Of a stretch of 64,000 bases of DNA, positions 25,498 to 34,763 are shown in pieces (within the stretch, counting starts at the first letter, position 1; every line of letters begins with the position of its first letter). Both the position numbers and the translations under genes were made by a program. Source of the stretch: an uncultured Verrucomicrobiae bacterium (lineage in GTDB: Bacteria > Verrucomicrobiota > Verrucomicrobiia > Limisphaerales > UBA11358). Location of the stretch: assembly GCA_963711945.1 (NCBI GenBank), contig CAVQGB010000005.1, positions 175,664-239,663 on the forward strand, in the 5' to 3' direction. The notes under the pieces are model-generated. The model was not told the origin of the DNA. It searched no databases and was given only the letters and a program-made list of their open reading frames with translations.

Positions 25498-27060
25498 CTA
25501 TTGGCCGGCTGAATTGCCGGCGGGCGCGTTTGTGGGCGAAGGTAAAGATGCGGGAGCCATGATGTTCGTAGAAATAGCCGGCGCGTTGGTTTCCGCCGAC
25601 ATTCCAAACCGGGTGCGAATCACCGCGCGCGCGGCGAAGGGCAGTTCATTTTGTGGGTCGAGGAGCCGTTCCAACACCTCGCGCTTAAGATTGTCCATCG
25701 TTGGCAGCCGCGCGCGTTGGATGTTGTCAGTTCGCTTGATATAGCTGTCATAAATTTTTTGGGCGAGCAATTGGTAGCCGGCGGCGCGGTCGTCCTGCCC
25801 GTTGGCCAGATCCAGATACGCGTGCATCAACAACCCCTGAACACCCGATGTGACGCTCTCCTGCGAGCCTTCGCCAATGTCAATCTGCGTGACGGCAACG
25901 GCGTATTCGTCGAGCGTCAAATTTTTCGCGAACGAATTTGTCCGGCCATCAACGAGCGGCACGTCGGGATATTTTTCGCCGAGATATTTGAACCATCTGG
26001 CCGCCTCGGCCATGCGGTCGTTTTGGTAAAGGTATTTGACGGCATCCCGCAGAAAATTCCGATGCCCCAGCAGGATGCTGGCTTTTTGTCCCGGGTCCTG
26101 TTCCTCGTCATACATTTTCAGATAGGAATCGTTGGCCTTGGGAATCAAATCGAGGTCCGGCGCCAGTTCAATCATGCGCATGAACGGGTTGACGATCATG
26201 TGCCCGTGCCGGAACGCCTGCTGTTCTGTTTGGAAGATGCCGCGGCGGAGTTGCATCAAATCTATGTCGTTTGGCTTGATCTTGTCGGGATTATTCGATG
26301 CCTTTTCCAGGCCCAGCGAATACCAGTAAATCGCATGCGCCTCCGGCAGCCGCCAGTCGAAAGGACCATACTCTTCGTTCACTTTTTGCGCGAACACCGG
26401 ATCCAGCTTGTATTTCTCGCGCAGCACGAGCGCGTTCGTCCGTTCCCCGGCGGTCTGTGGATGAATCAAATCCTCAATATTCGTTCCATTCGGGCCAAAA
26501 AATGGCGTCATGTCCCGCACCCACACCTGCTTGTAATACAAATTCCCGTCGTCTGCATTTTGCCCGATCTTATGCTGGAAGAACTGGCCGAGCTGAAAAT
26601 AGATCAACGGGTCGTTTGGATTGTAGACCAGCCCCTTGTCGCGAAGCAGTTCGATGCCGTTGTTGACCCAGCGCCAGCGGTCGGCATAGACACCGGCCTC
26701 GTTTTCCTTGAACTTGATCGAGATGTTGTAGGCCATGTTCCACGACTGAAAGACCCAAACCACCGGGAGGTGCGGCTCAAGGTCGGTGATCCAGGAGGCG
26801 AGTTGCGCCGCCTCGAAATACTTGTCCTGTTGCTGCAAATCGTCCGCCCGTATCCAAAGGTAATTTGAAATCAGCCCGCGAAAACCGCCCAGCGCCACCG
26901 TGGTGAAGGCCAGCATCGGCGGCGCGTCCTGCAACGTCGAAGCGTGCGTCAGGCCAAGCCGGTCGCGATCGCGGTTCAACGATATTTGCATCCGGCCGGC
27001 GCCGAATACCAGCGCCGCGGCCAGCAGCAGCAGCAGAATTTTTTTGACGCGCGAATTCAT
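25498..27060 (-). CDS. Membrane-anchored/periplasmic hypothetical protein, translationally coupled to the ABC-2 permease
   Basis: 520 aa with N-terminal anchor MNSRVKKILLLLLAAALVFGAG. The start overlaps the upstream permease stop (27057-27060). No motif recognised. Confidence 0.6.
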   Translation of the reverse strand: MNSRVKKILLLLLAAALVFGAGRMQISLNRDRDRLGLTHASTLQDAPPMLAFTTVALGGFRGLISNYLWIRADDLQQQDKYFEAAQLASWITDLEPHLPVVWVFQSWNMAYNISIKFKENEAGVYADRWRWVNNGIELLRDKGLVYNPNDPLIYFQLGQFFQHKIGQNADDGNLYYKQVWVRDMTPFFGPNGTNIEDLIHPQTAGERTNALVLREKYKLDPVFAQKVNEEYGPFDWRLPEAHAIYWYSLGLEKASNNPDKIKPNDIDLMQLRRGIFQTEQQAFRHGHMIVNPFMRMIELAPDLDLIPKANDSYLKMYDEEQDPGQKASILLGHRNFLRDAVKYLYQNDRMAEAARWFKYLGEKYPDVPLVDGRTNSFAKNLTLDEYAVAVTQIDIGEGSQESVTSGVQGLLMHAYLDLANGQDDRAAGYQLLAQKIYDSYIKRTDNIQRARLPTMDNLKREVLERLLDPQNELPFAARAVIRTRFGMSAETNAPAISTNIMAPASLPSPTNAPAGNSAGQ

Positions 27061-28448
27061 TGCGTTCCCTGCGCCGTGGCCAGCTCACGCCGGCTGAACA
27101 ACGCAATGCCGATGAGGCTGATGATGCCGCCTGGCAGCAGGACGATCTGCGCAAACGCCAGGCCAAGCTCGCGCCAGGTGATGGCGCGACCGGTGCTCAA
27201 CGAATCCACCGGCGAAAAATTTTTCACGAGATCCACAACGGCCAGCAGCGCCTTGAACGCCGGAATCAGCACGATATCGGCTCCGGTATGTCCCACCTCT
27301 CCGGTCTCCTCGTTGCTTCCCGCGATGGAGCCGGTTCCCACCGCCTCCGCCAGCGTGCCGCTGGACAACACGACCACCAGCATTGCCAGCGAAAAAAACG
27401 CCGCCACGGGAAACGAGAGGAAGCTCGCCGCCGCCAGCCCCAGCGCCGCCAGCAGCGCCATCCAGCAAAAAACGATCCCCAGCCCGCGCGCGAAATTCAT
27501 CGCGAATCCGCCCTGCGGATACAGCACCTCGATGCCGTCGCCGATCGGGAACAGCATCACGGCGTTGTCGTTCACATTCCGGAACGCGATGGTCAACACG
27601 CCCTTGTCATCCAGCAAGTCCGCCGGGATTTGGAATTCATGGAACGTGTCCGGCGACAGGCTCATCGGCTCGCTCTCCCAAGGGCGCTTTTGTGGATCGC
27701 CGACCAGCCACAAGCCTTTGAGCGTTTCACCCGCGCCCTGCTGCGACGCGTTGAATTTGATCCTCAATTGCAGCGGCTTGCCGCGGAGAGATTCCTTTTC
27801 CGGCCCCAGATCAACCTCCCAAACGCGTATGTAGTCCGGCGGCACGAGCTGGTATGTCGCCTTGATCTGCTCGACGATCTGTCGTTTCACCTCCGGCAAA
27901 TCCGGCGACTTGGCCAGCTCCGGCTTGGATTTCAATTGTTCCCGCAATTTGCTTTCCGCCGCCGTGTCAATTTGCGCGATGGGATTTTGCGGCTTCGCCG
28001 AGCCGCGCGCGACGAGAATCTGTTCGCGCAAATTTTTCTGCTCGCCCGGCGGCAGCTTCGTGGCGCGCCATTGCAGCAGCCCGAAAACGCACGCGCCCGA
28101 CAGAGCCAGCAGCGCCGCATTCAGCGACAGTATGCCCAGCCACTTGCCCAGCCAGATTTGCCAGCGCGCGACGGGCTTGGTCACGAGGACTTGAATCTGA
28201 CACTCCTCGATGTCGCGCGCCAGCGTGCCGCAGGCAAGCCAGAGAGTGGAAAAACCGAGCAGCGCCGTGATGGCGCTCAACGTGTAGGTCAGCAAAATCT
28301 GCGTGAACCCGCGCGCCGTGCCGTCGTCCTTGATGACCAGCGGCAATCCCACCACCGCCGCCAGCAACAGCCCGGCCAGCACGACGAACAGCCGGAAACG
28401 GAACGCGGCCTTCCACGTCAATCCGGCAATGGCGAAAATCTTTTGCAT
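27057..28448 (-). CDS. ABC-2-type transporter permease-like membrane protein with a large extracytoplasmic loop
   Basis: 463 aa. It has N-terminal TM helices (MQKIFAIAGLTWKAAFRFRLFVVLAGLLLAAVVG), a ~170-aa hydrophilic insert, and C-terminal TM helices. It follows an ABC ATPase gene. Confidence 0.7.
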   Translation of the reverse strand: MQKIFAIAGLTWKAAFRFRLFVVLAGLLLAAVVGLPLVIKDDGTARGFTQILLTYTLSAITALLGFSTLWLACGTLARDIEECQIQVLVTKPVARWQIWLGKWLGILSLNAALLALSGACVFGLLQWRATKLPPGEQKNLREQILVARGSAKPQNPIAQIDTAAESKLREQLKSKPELAKSPDLPEVKRQIVEQIKATYQLVPPDYIRVWEVDLGPEKESLRGKPLQLRIKFNASQQGAGETLKGLWLVGDPQKRPWESEPMSLSPDTFHEFQIPADLLDDKGVLTIAFRNVNDNAVMLFPIGDGIEVLYPQGGFAMNFARGLGIVFCWMALLAALGLAAASFLSFPVAAFFSLAMLVVVLSSGTLAEAVGTGSIAGSNEETGEVGHTGADIVLIPAFKALLAVVDLVKNFSPVDSLSTGRAITWRELGLAFAQIVLLPGGIISLIGIALFSRRELATAQGTQ

Positions 28449-28496
28449 CAGGAAATCATCCTCGTCCTCGTTCTCGTCCTCGTCCTCGTCCTCGAA
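28449..28496 (-). repeat. Hexanucleotide tandem repeat (GAGGAC-like) filling the ATPase-permease intergenic gap
   Basis: The minus strand reads TTC GAG GAC GAG GAC GAG GAC GAG AAC GAG GAC GAG GAT GAT TTC CTG. That is 16 stop-free codons in the same frame as both flanking genes. Confidence 0.85.
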
Positions 28497-29717
28497 TTAT
28501 TTTTTCCCTCCCAGCAGCGACGACAATTTTTCATCCGCCTTTGACAAATCCGCCGGCTTTTCCGGCGCAGACGGCTTTACGGGCGATGGAGCCGGCGCGC
28601 CGACCCTGGCCATCGCATCCAGTTTGTTCACATCCACTTTCTGTGCCGCATCCGGCGCCGGCGCGGACGGCATGGCTTTGGCCGCCGGCTCCGCCTTTTG
28701 CGGCAATGAAAGTTTTTCCAGGACGTTTTCGGCCGGCGGACGTTCCTCCGCCGCGCCGGCGCGCAAATACGCCGCCACGCGCGCGCCGGATTGCGCGCCG
28801 CTGGTTTCCTGCGCCGCGCGCTTCGCCTTTTCCACCACGTCGAGAAAATAGCTTTCCAGATTCTGCGTCGGATTGTCCACGCGCACTTCGCCGGTCGAAA
28901 TATCCCTGCGGATGATTTCCAGGACTTTTTCCAGGGTTTCGCGCGGCAACACCGGCGTGGTGATGCGCAGCGTGTCCGGCTTGGCGAGCAGTTCCTGGAG
29001 CGTGCCCTCCGCCTGGATTTTGCCGCCGTAATAAATCAACACGCGGTTGCAAACGTCCTCGACATCCGATAGCAGGTGGCTGCTCAAAATCACCGTCTTG
29101 CCGCGCCGCGCGAGCGCGATGATCAAATCCTTCACCTCACGGCACCCGATGGGGTCGAGGCCGGCGGTCGGCTCGTCGAGAATGACGAGGTCGGGATCGT
29201 TGATGAGCGCCTGCGCCAGCCCGATGCGCCGCTGCATGCCCTTTGAAAATTCGCCGACGGCGCGCGTGTGGACCTGGCTCAAGCCGACCATTTCCAGCAG
29301 TTGCTCCGTGCGGTTTTTGCGCTCGCCTTTCGCGAGCTGGAAAAGGTTCCCGAAAAAATCCAGCGTCTCGCGCGAGTTCAGGTAGCGATACAAATACGAT
29401 TCCTCCGGCAGATAGCCGATGCGCGATTTCGTCTGGACGTGGCGCGGCGAATGGCCGAAGACCTCGATGTGGCCCTTCGTGGGGTTCAGCAGGCCGAGCA
29501 GCAGCTTGACGGTGGTGGATTTGCCGGAACCGTTCGGGCCGAGCAGGCCGAAGACCTCGCCGCGCCGGACCTCAAAATCCACGTTGTCCACCGCGCGCGC
29601 CTTCGGGCGGTTCCAGAAATCCTTGAACACCTTCGTCAAACCGCGGACGGAAACGACGACCTCGTCGGATTTACGATTTGCGATTTCCGATTGCGGAATT
29701 AATTCGGCGACGGGCAT
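28497..29717 (-). CDS. ABC transporter ATP-binding protein with an Ala/Pro-rich C-terminal extension
   Basis: Walker A LLGPNGSGKSTT, signature FSKGMQRRIGLA, Walker B LVILDEPTAGLD, and H-loop SSHLL. The start is chosen at MPVAELIPQ (29717), just after the upstream gene ends. Confidence 0.9.
   Translation of the reverse strand: MPVAELIPQSEIANRKSDEVVVSVRGLTKVFKDFWNRPKARAVDNVDFEVRRGEVFGLLGPNGSGKSTTVKLLLGLLNPTKGHIEVFGHSPRHVQTKSRIGYLPEESYLYRYLNSRETLDFFGNLFQLAKGERKNRTEQLLEMVGLSQVHTRAVGEFSKGMQRRIGLAQALINDPDLVILDEPTAGLDPIGCREVKDLIIALARRGKTVILSSHLLSDVEDVCNRVLIYYGGKIQAEGTLQELLAKPDTLRITTPVLPRETLEKVLEIIRRDISTGEVRVDNPTQNLESYFLDVVEKAKRAAQETSGAQSGARVAAYLRAGAAEERPPAENVLEKLSLPQKAEPAAKAMPSAPAPDAAQKVDVNKLDAMARVGAPAPSPVKPSAPEKPADLSKADEKLSSLLGGKK
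29668..29695. repeat. Heptanucleotide tandem repeat (GATTTNC, 4 units) inside the 5' end of the ABC ATPase gene
   Basis: GATTTAC GATTTGC GATTTCC GATTGCG. The minus strand, ...ATCGCAAATCGTAAATC, matches the repeat at 50387-50414. Confidence 0.75.
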
Positions 29718-29733
29718 AAAATGGCAGCGATAA

Positions 29734-29973
29734 TTATTTAGCTGAAGCCTTGCTTTCCTTTGCCTCGTATTCGGCGAGTTTTTTGAAAAGTCCTTCGTTG
29801 TCAGTGAAAACTTTGTCAACGGTCGTTTCAAATTCCTCGTCCATCGGAATGTAATGCGTTGATTCTCGACGATGGCGAACTTCAGCTTCGTATTCTTTGA
29901 TCAAAATAAACGGCTTTTCGATTTCTGTTGTTTCAAGTGACTGAATCAACTTGATAACTTCTTCGGCTTTCAT
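29734..29973 (-). CDS. Small acidic hypothetical protein (low GC), third gene of the toxin-antitoxin islet
   Basis: 79-aa ORF, MKAEEVIKLIQSLETTEIEK...; AT-rich codons. It lies 24 nt downstream of the antitoxin gene. Confidence 0.45.
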   Translation of the reverse strand: MKAEEVIKLIQSLETTEIEKPFILIKEYEAEVRHRRESTHYIPMDEEFETTVDKVFTDNEGLFKKLAEYEAKESKASAK

Positions 29974-29996
29974 GTGTTTACGCCTCTACCGCAGAA

Positions 29997-30233
29997 TTAC
30001 AACTCGTCTCCCGGCAATGGCCGGACGTTTGGCACTTGCGCCAGCGCGGCGTCATATTTTTTACGGCTCGCGCGACGGGCGCGCTTATCCAGGTCGTCCT
30101 CCGTAAGCCAGCCGGAAACTTTCTCCGCCACGGCGGCGCTGACAAACTGGTCAAACGACACTCCATCCTTGGCGGCCAGTTCACCGGCCTTCTTTTTGAT
30201 GGAGTCTGGCAGCTTGACGTTTATCGCGGTCAT
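29997..30233 (-). CDS. Putative antitoxin (RHH/HicB-like DNA-binding fold)
   Basis: MTAINVKLPDSIKKKAGELAAKDGVSFDQFVSAAVAEKVSG..., the beta-strand/helix/helix pattern of RHH antitoxins. There is a 4-nt overlap with the PIN gene. Confidence 0.65.
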   Translation of the reverse strand: MTAINVKLPDSIKKKAGELAAKDGVSFDQFVSAAVAEKVSGWLTEDDLDKRARRASRKKYDAALAQVPNVRPLPGDEL

Positions 30234-30658
30234 ATTGTTGTCTCCAATTTTCGCAGAAATCCAGCCGGGGTCAATACGCCGACACCAAACCGTTCCGCGC
30301 CGGCAAAATCGCGGACATTATGCGTCACGATGAAATTCGCGCGGGCGGCAACGGCCAACTCGAAAATCATGTCGTCGTCCGCGTCGCGCAAAAAGGGCCG
30401 CCATGAATAGGAGATTCTTGGGCGGTTTGCATTTGCGATGAGAAAGCCCAGCAAGTCGCCCAGGCGTTCGGTCTCAGGCCAGAACTTTTTCACATGGATC
30501 GCGGCGACCTCCTCATATTCAAACAACAGCGCAGGCGACAGGTTCAATTCCCAGCGCGGATCGCCGACCAGTTGCAAAATCCGAAACGAAGCGCCCTGCG
30601 ATGAACGAACCGCCGCGACGAGCACGCTCGTGTCGAGGACAATCTGAAACGGTTTCAT
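30230..30658 (-). CDS. PIN-domain toxin (VapC-like ribonuclease)
   Basis: MKPFQIVLDTSVLVAAV... (first acidic residue), ...EYEEV..., ...DADDDMIFELAVAARANFIVTHNVRDF. The spacing is typical of a PIN domain. Confidence 0.8.
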   Translation of the reverse strand: MKPFQIVLDTSVLVAAVRSSQGASFRILQLVGDPRWELNLSPALLFEYEEVAAIHVKKFWPETERLGDLLGFLIANANRPRISYSWRPFLRDADDDMIFELAVAARANFIVTHNVRDFAGAERFGVGVLTPAGFLRKLETTI

Positions 30659-30662
30659 TAAT

Positions 30663-32672
30663 TCACGCCAGCTTTGGCGTCAGTTCTCCAGTCGGCTTCG
30701 GATGCGAGTCGTGGTCGTGTTTGTCGGCGACAGCGTCGGGAAGGAAATGTTCCAGCTCTTCGCCCTTGCGCACGAGCCGCGCGCTATTGAAAATCACGAT
30801 GAGCGAGCCGACGTTGTGCAAAATCGCCGCCGGAATCGGGGTGAGATAGCCCAACGATGTGGCCGTCAAACCGACGATGATGAACAGCACGCCGAAGGCG
30901 AAATTCTGGTTGATGACCGAACGCGTGCCGCGCGAGAGCTTCACCAAAAACGGCAACCGTTGCAGGTCGTTGTTCATCAGCGCAATCGTGGCGGTGTGGA
31001 TGGCCACTTCGCTGCCCGCCGCGCCCATCGCGATGCCGAGGTCTCCCGCCGCCAGCGCCGGCGCGTCGTTCACGCCGTCGCCAACCACCGCCACGCGGTA
31101 GCCTTTGGCCTTCATGGCGCGCACGAACTCGACCTTGTTTTGCGGCAGGCAATCGCCCTTGGCCTCTTCGCAGCCGATTTCCATCGCGACGCGCGCGGCC
31201 ACCGCCTGCCGGTCGCCGGAAATCATCGCGATGCGCCGCACGCCCGCCAATTTCAAATCCGCCAAAGCTTCGCCGGCTCCGGCACGGGTCTTATCCTGCA
31301 AACCAATCCACCCAACGCAGCGATTCCCGTGCGCCACAAAAATCAGGCTCCAGCCCTCCGCCTCGCTCAAGTCCACGGACTTCTCGAATCCGGGGTCAAC
31401 GCCGTTGTCCTTGAGCCATTGCGCGCGGCCCACCAGGATTTTTGCGCCGTTGATCTGCGCCTTCACGCCGCGGCCGGCTGTTTCGGCAAAATCCTTCGGC
31501 TCGGCCAGCGGCACGCCGGCTTCGCCCGCGAGCGCCGCGAGGGCCTTGGCCGTCGGATGGTTGCTGTATTTTTCGGCGGACGCGGCGAGCAGCAGCAATT
31601 CGGCGGGCTTTGTTTCGCCGATGGGCGCGAGACGGCTGACGGCGAGCTGGCCGGTCGTGAGCGTGCCGGTCTTGTCGAAAACGAAGGCGTTGATCCTCGC
31701 GGCAAGTTCGATGTCGGCGACGTTCTTGATCAAAATACCCAGGCGCGCGGCGGCGGAGAGCGCCGCAACCATTGCCGTCGGCGTCGCGAGAATGAACGCA
31801 CAGGGGCAGGACACCACAAACACGGCGATGACGCGGTTCAAATCGTGGGTGAACGCCCAGACAAGCGCGCCGACGACCAGCACGAGCGGTGTGTAAAAGC
31901 TCATGTATTGGTCCACGATTTTCATGATGGGCAACTTGGTCTTTTCGGCGGCCAGAATGAGTTCGCGCACGCGGCCCAGCGTGGTGTCGGTGCCGGCGCG
32001 GCTGACTTTGATTTCCAGAACGCCGGTGAGATTTTGCGTTCCGGCGAAAACTTCGTCGCCGGCCTTCTTGTCGGCGGGCAGAGATTCGCCGGTGATGGTG
32101 GCCTGGTTGAACGAACCCTGGCCGCTGACGATGACGCCGTCCGCCGCGACATTGTCGCCGGGGCGGATGCGGATCACGTCGCCGATGGCGAGTTCGCTGG
32201 CGGCCACTTCCTCCTCGCCGCCGTCCTTCGTGATGCGCCGCGCCTTCGTCGGCGTGAGTTTGATGAGCGATTCAATCGAGGCCCGCGCGCCCTCGGCGGT
32301 GCGGCTTTCGATGATTTCGCCGGTGAGCATGAAAAAGGCGACGATGCCGGCGACCTTGTAATTGCCGGACGCGAACGCGGCGAGCACGGCAATGGCGACG
32401 AGTTCGTTGATGCTCAAGCGGCCGACGCGCAAATCCTTGATGGCCGTGACCACGATGGGATAAATGAGGATGAGCGCGCCGATGCACGCGCTGGCGCTGG
32501 ACACAACGCCGCCCTGTTCAAAAAACCAGTCCACCAGGTAGGCGTTGATGACAAGAACAACGCCGGCGATGGCCTGCCACATATGCACCACCGAATGTTC
32601 GTGGTCGTGGCCGCAGCCGCACTCCGGTCCGTGCTCATGCTCGTGATGGCTTAATAGTGATGTAACCTGCAT
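30663..32672 (-). CDS. Heavy-metal-translocating P1B-type ATPase (Zn/Cd/Co-type)
   Basis: His-rich N-terminus HHEHEHGPECGCGHDHEHS, TGES (ITGESLP), CPC (VSCPCAFILATP), DKTGTLT, GDGVNDAPALA, and a His-rich C-terminus DKHDHDSHPKP. Confidence 0.95.
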   Translation of the reverse strand: MQVTSLLSHHEHEHGPECGCGHDHEHSVVHMWQAIAGVVLVINAYLVDWFFEQGGVVSSASACIGALILIYPIVVTAIKDLRVGRLSINELVAIAVLAAFASGNYKVAGIVAFFMLTGEIIESRTAEGARASIESLIKLTPTKARRITKDGGEEEVAASELAIGDVIRIRPGDNVAADGVIVSGQGSFNQATITGESLPADKKAGDEVFAGTQNLTGVLEIKVSRAGTDTTLGRVRELILAAEKTKLPIMKIVDQYMSFYTPLVLVVGALVWAFTHDLNRVIAVFVVSCPCAFILATPTAMVAALSAAARLGILIKNVADIELAARINAFVFDKTGTLTTGQLAVSRLAPIGETKPAELLLLAASAEKYSNHPTAKALAALAGEAGVPLAEPKDFAETAGRGVKAQINGAKILVGRAQWLKDNGVDPGFEKSVDLSEAEGWSLIFVAHGNRCVGWIGLQDKTRAGAGEALADLKLAGVRRIAMISGDRQAVAARVAMEIGCEEAKGDCLPQNKVEFVRAMKAKGYRVAVVGDGVNDAPALAAGDLGIAMGAAGSEVAIHTATIALMNNDLQRLPFLVKLSRGTRSVINQNFAFGVLFIIVGLTATSLGYLTPIPAAILHNVGSLIVIFNSARLVRKGEELEHFLPDAVADKHDHDSHPKPTGELTPKLA

Positions 32673-32709
32673 GGAATTTTATGATTTACGATTCATGTCC
32701 ATTTTCATT

Positions 32710-33864
32710 TTACAGCCCCGCCGCGCCGTTGTTCGGCCCTGGCGGCTCACGATTCAACTGTAGCCTCAATTCCGTCGGCTCGCCACTGGCCGAAGTCGGA
32801 AGAAACGCCTTGAAAACCGCGTTGGTCATTACTTGACCCATCGTTTGAACCAACTGTTCCTGCTCAAACAGTCCCGGATTGATCAGGTAATTCGGCAGCA
32901 GGTCGCTGAACGCCTTCGCATCGGCCTGGACATTTTGGACGTAGCGGACGCTGGCGCTTTTCGCCCCGTTGATGATGGACGAGGCCTGCGCGTTGGCGCT
33001 GTTGGTGACCTGGTTTTCATAGGCGTGCGCACCGTAGAGGAATTTGGTCTGGTTTTGGCGCGCCGCGGCGACCTGTTCGAAAATGCCCTGCAACTGCCGC
33101 GGCGGAATGCTTTTTACATCACATTGCTGGATGGTAATGCCGAGACCCTGCTGGTCGGCCAGTTGAATGACGCGCTGCCACACGGCATCCTGAAATCCAT
33201 ACGGGTCGCTCGAAAGCACCGCGTCCACACCGAAATGCGCGGCGGTATAGAGCAGGGCGTTGTTCAGGGCATTTTGCACAATGTTGGAAACACCGGCCAG
33301 ACTCAATACCGGGTCGGTGCCGGCGGAAAAATGGAACACGGCGCTGATCGGATCGTTTATCTGATAATAAATCCTGGCGCGCGCGTGAATGATGTTGCGG
33401 TCCGCGGTAATCGCGTAGCCGTCCACGGCCGGATTCAACTGCCCAAGGCCGCGCGGCAGTTCGCCGTTCATATCATAGGCTGTCCATTGTGCCGGGGTCA
33501 TGTAAAACCAGCCGACTGTGGACTCGACGCTCTGGATTTCCTTGTATGGAATTTTCACCACCTCATCAATTGGATACGGAAACGACCAGTGCAATCCGGG
33601 GCCGAGCAGGGCCTGCTGTCCGGTTCCAACTGTCCTTCCGAAGCGCAGGACCACCGCCTTTTCCTGCGGTCCCACCTGAAAAACGCCCGAGACGAGAAAC
33701 ACGACCACCAACGCGACCATGACGAATTTGACAATCGAGAAGCTGCTGCGCAGCGCCTCGGCCAACGCCTGCGAACCGGAGTCGTCCGGCGTCATCGGCT
33801 CTCCGTGCCCGGGGTCGTGCGCGTGGGCGGAATGGTTGTGTTCGTGTTCGTCGCTCATGGTCAA
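32710..33864 (-). CDS. SPFH/band-7 protein (HflK-like) with a His-rich N-terminus
   Basis: MTMSDEHEHNHSAHAHDPGHGEP..., then one TM helix (FVMVALVVVFLVSGVF), then an SPFH domain (GPQEKAVVLRFGR...). The start overlaps the upstream stop. Confidence 0.8.
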   Translation of the reverse strand: MTMSDEHEHNHSAHAHDPGHGEPMTPDDSGSQALAEALRSSFSIVKFVMVALVVVFLVSGVFQVGPQEKAVVLRFGRTVGTGQQALLGPGLHWSFPYPIDEVVKIPYKEIQSVESTVGWFYMTPAQWTAYDMNGELPRGLGQLNPAVDGYAITADRNIIHARARIYYQINDPISAVFHFSAGTDPVLSLAGVSNIVQNALNNALLYTAAHFGVDAVLSSDPYGFQDAVWQRVIQLADQQGLGITIQQCDVKSIPPRQLQGIFEQVAAARQNQTKFLYGAHAYENQVTNSANAQASSIINGAKSASVRYVQNVQADAKAFSDLLPNYLINPGLFEQEQLVQTMGQVMTNAVFKAFLPTSASGEPTELRLQLNREPPGPNNGAAGL

Positions 33865-34763
33865 TGGCTTGGCGAATTGGTGGGCAGTCCCTGGAACAAA
33901 TCGAACGGCGGCGTGTGCTGGTCGAGAATCAAAGTCGCTTTCTGATTGAGCGCCGACTTCAGGGCGTCAATGCGAAGCAGGAAGACGGCCAGATCGGGAT
34001 TTTGTTGGAGGATGGGCAGCGTCCTGGCGGCTTCAGCAACGCCTTCGCCTTCAATCCGCGTGGCCTGGGCCTGGGCGTTGGCAAGGGTTTCGTTTGCCTG
34101 GCGGTCGGCATTGGCCTTGATCTTGATGGCATCGGCCAGGCCTTCATTATTCGCCTTGCTGATGAGGATGTTGCGTTCCGTCGTCATGCGATCAAACACC
34201 GCCTGGGTGACACTCTCCGGCAGCTCGATCCGTTTCAGGCCCAGAAATTCTATGTGAATGCCGTAGCTGTTGGTTCGCAACTCGTCCTCGACCATCTGTT
34301 CAATTTCATGCTGAATCACGTCGAACTCCAGCAGCTTCGGGTCCGCATTCACGAAATCAGAGAGTTGATGTTTGCTCACCACGGTCATGTTGGCGCTGCG
34401 CAACAGGCTTTCGAGCTGGTTTTGGGCGGTGGCCACCGAGCCGCCTTTAAAGCTTTTCAGAAAATCCGGAGCGGATGAAATCCGCCAGCCGACATAGACG
34501 CTGGTGATGAGGTTGATTTGATCCGCCGTGAGGGTTTCGCTGAATTTGTCTTCGAAGTTCTGGATGCGTTGGTCAAATTTATAAACTTGCTGGATCGGCC
34601 AAGGCCAGCGCAGATGCAGTCCGGGATCGCAGGTTCCCGCCACCTTGCCGAAGGTCGTGACGACGGCCTCCTCGGACTGGCGGACCTGAAAGGTGAACAG
34701 CAGCAGCGCGAAAATAACGGCCAGCACCGCCGCGGTAATGAGGGTGATTAAATTCCGTTTCAT
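33861..34763 (-). CDS. SPFH/band-7 protein (HflC-like)
   Basis: N-terminal anchor MKRNLITLITAAVLAVIFALLLF, SPFH core ...VRQSEEAVVTTFGK...GIHIEFLGLKRIELPESV..., and a coiled-coil tail. It is translationally coupled on both sides. Confidence 0.85.
   Translation of the reverse strand: MKRNLITLITAAVLAVIFALLLFTFQVRQSEEAVVTTFGKVAGTCDPGLHLRWPWPIQQVYKFDQRIQNFEDKFSETLTADQINLITSVYVGWRISSAPDFLKSFKGGSVATAQNQLESLLRSANMTVVSKHQLSDFVNADPKLLEFDVIQHEIEQMVEDELRTNSYGIHIEFLGLKRIELPESVTQAVFDRMTTERNILISKANNEGLADAIKIKANADRQANETLANAQAQATRIEGEGVAEAARTLPILQQNPDLAVFLLRIDALKSALNQKATLILDQHTPPFDLFQGLPTNSPSH

Noticed and set aside
28449-28496. CRISPR array check on the tandem repeats here and at 24909, 29668, 36694 and 50387
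   Set aside because: The units are 6-8 nt with no spacers, far too short for CRISPR. No cas genes are in the window.
30702-32654. 650-aa plus-strand ORF
   Set aside because: It is exactly antisense to the P1B ATPase, which carries every canonical motif (TGES, CPC, DKTGT, GDGVNDAP). The translation is Arg/Gly/His-rich junk.
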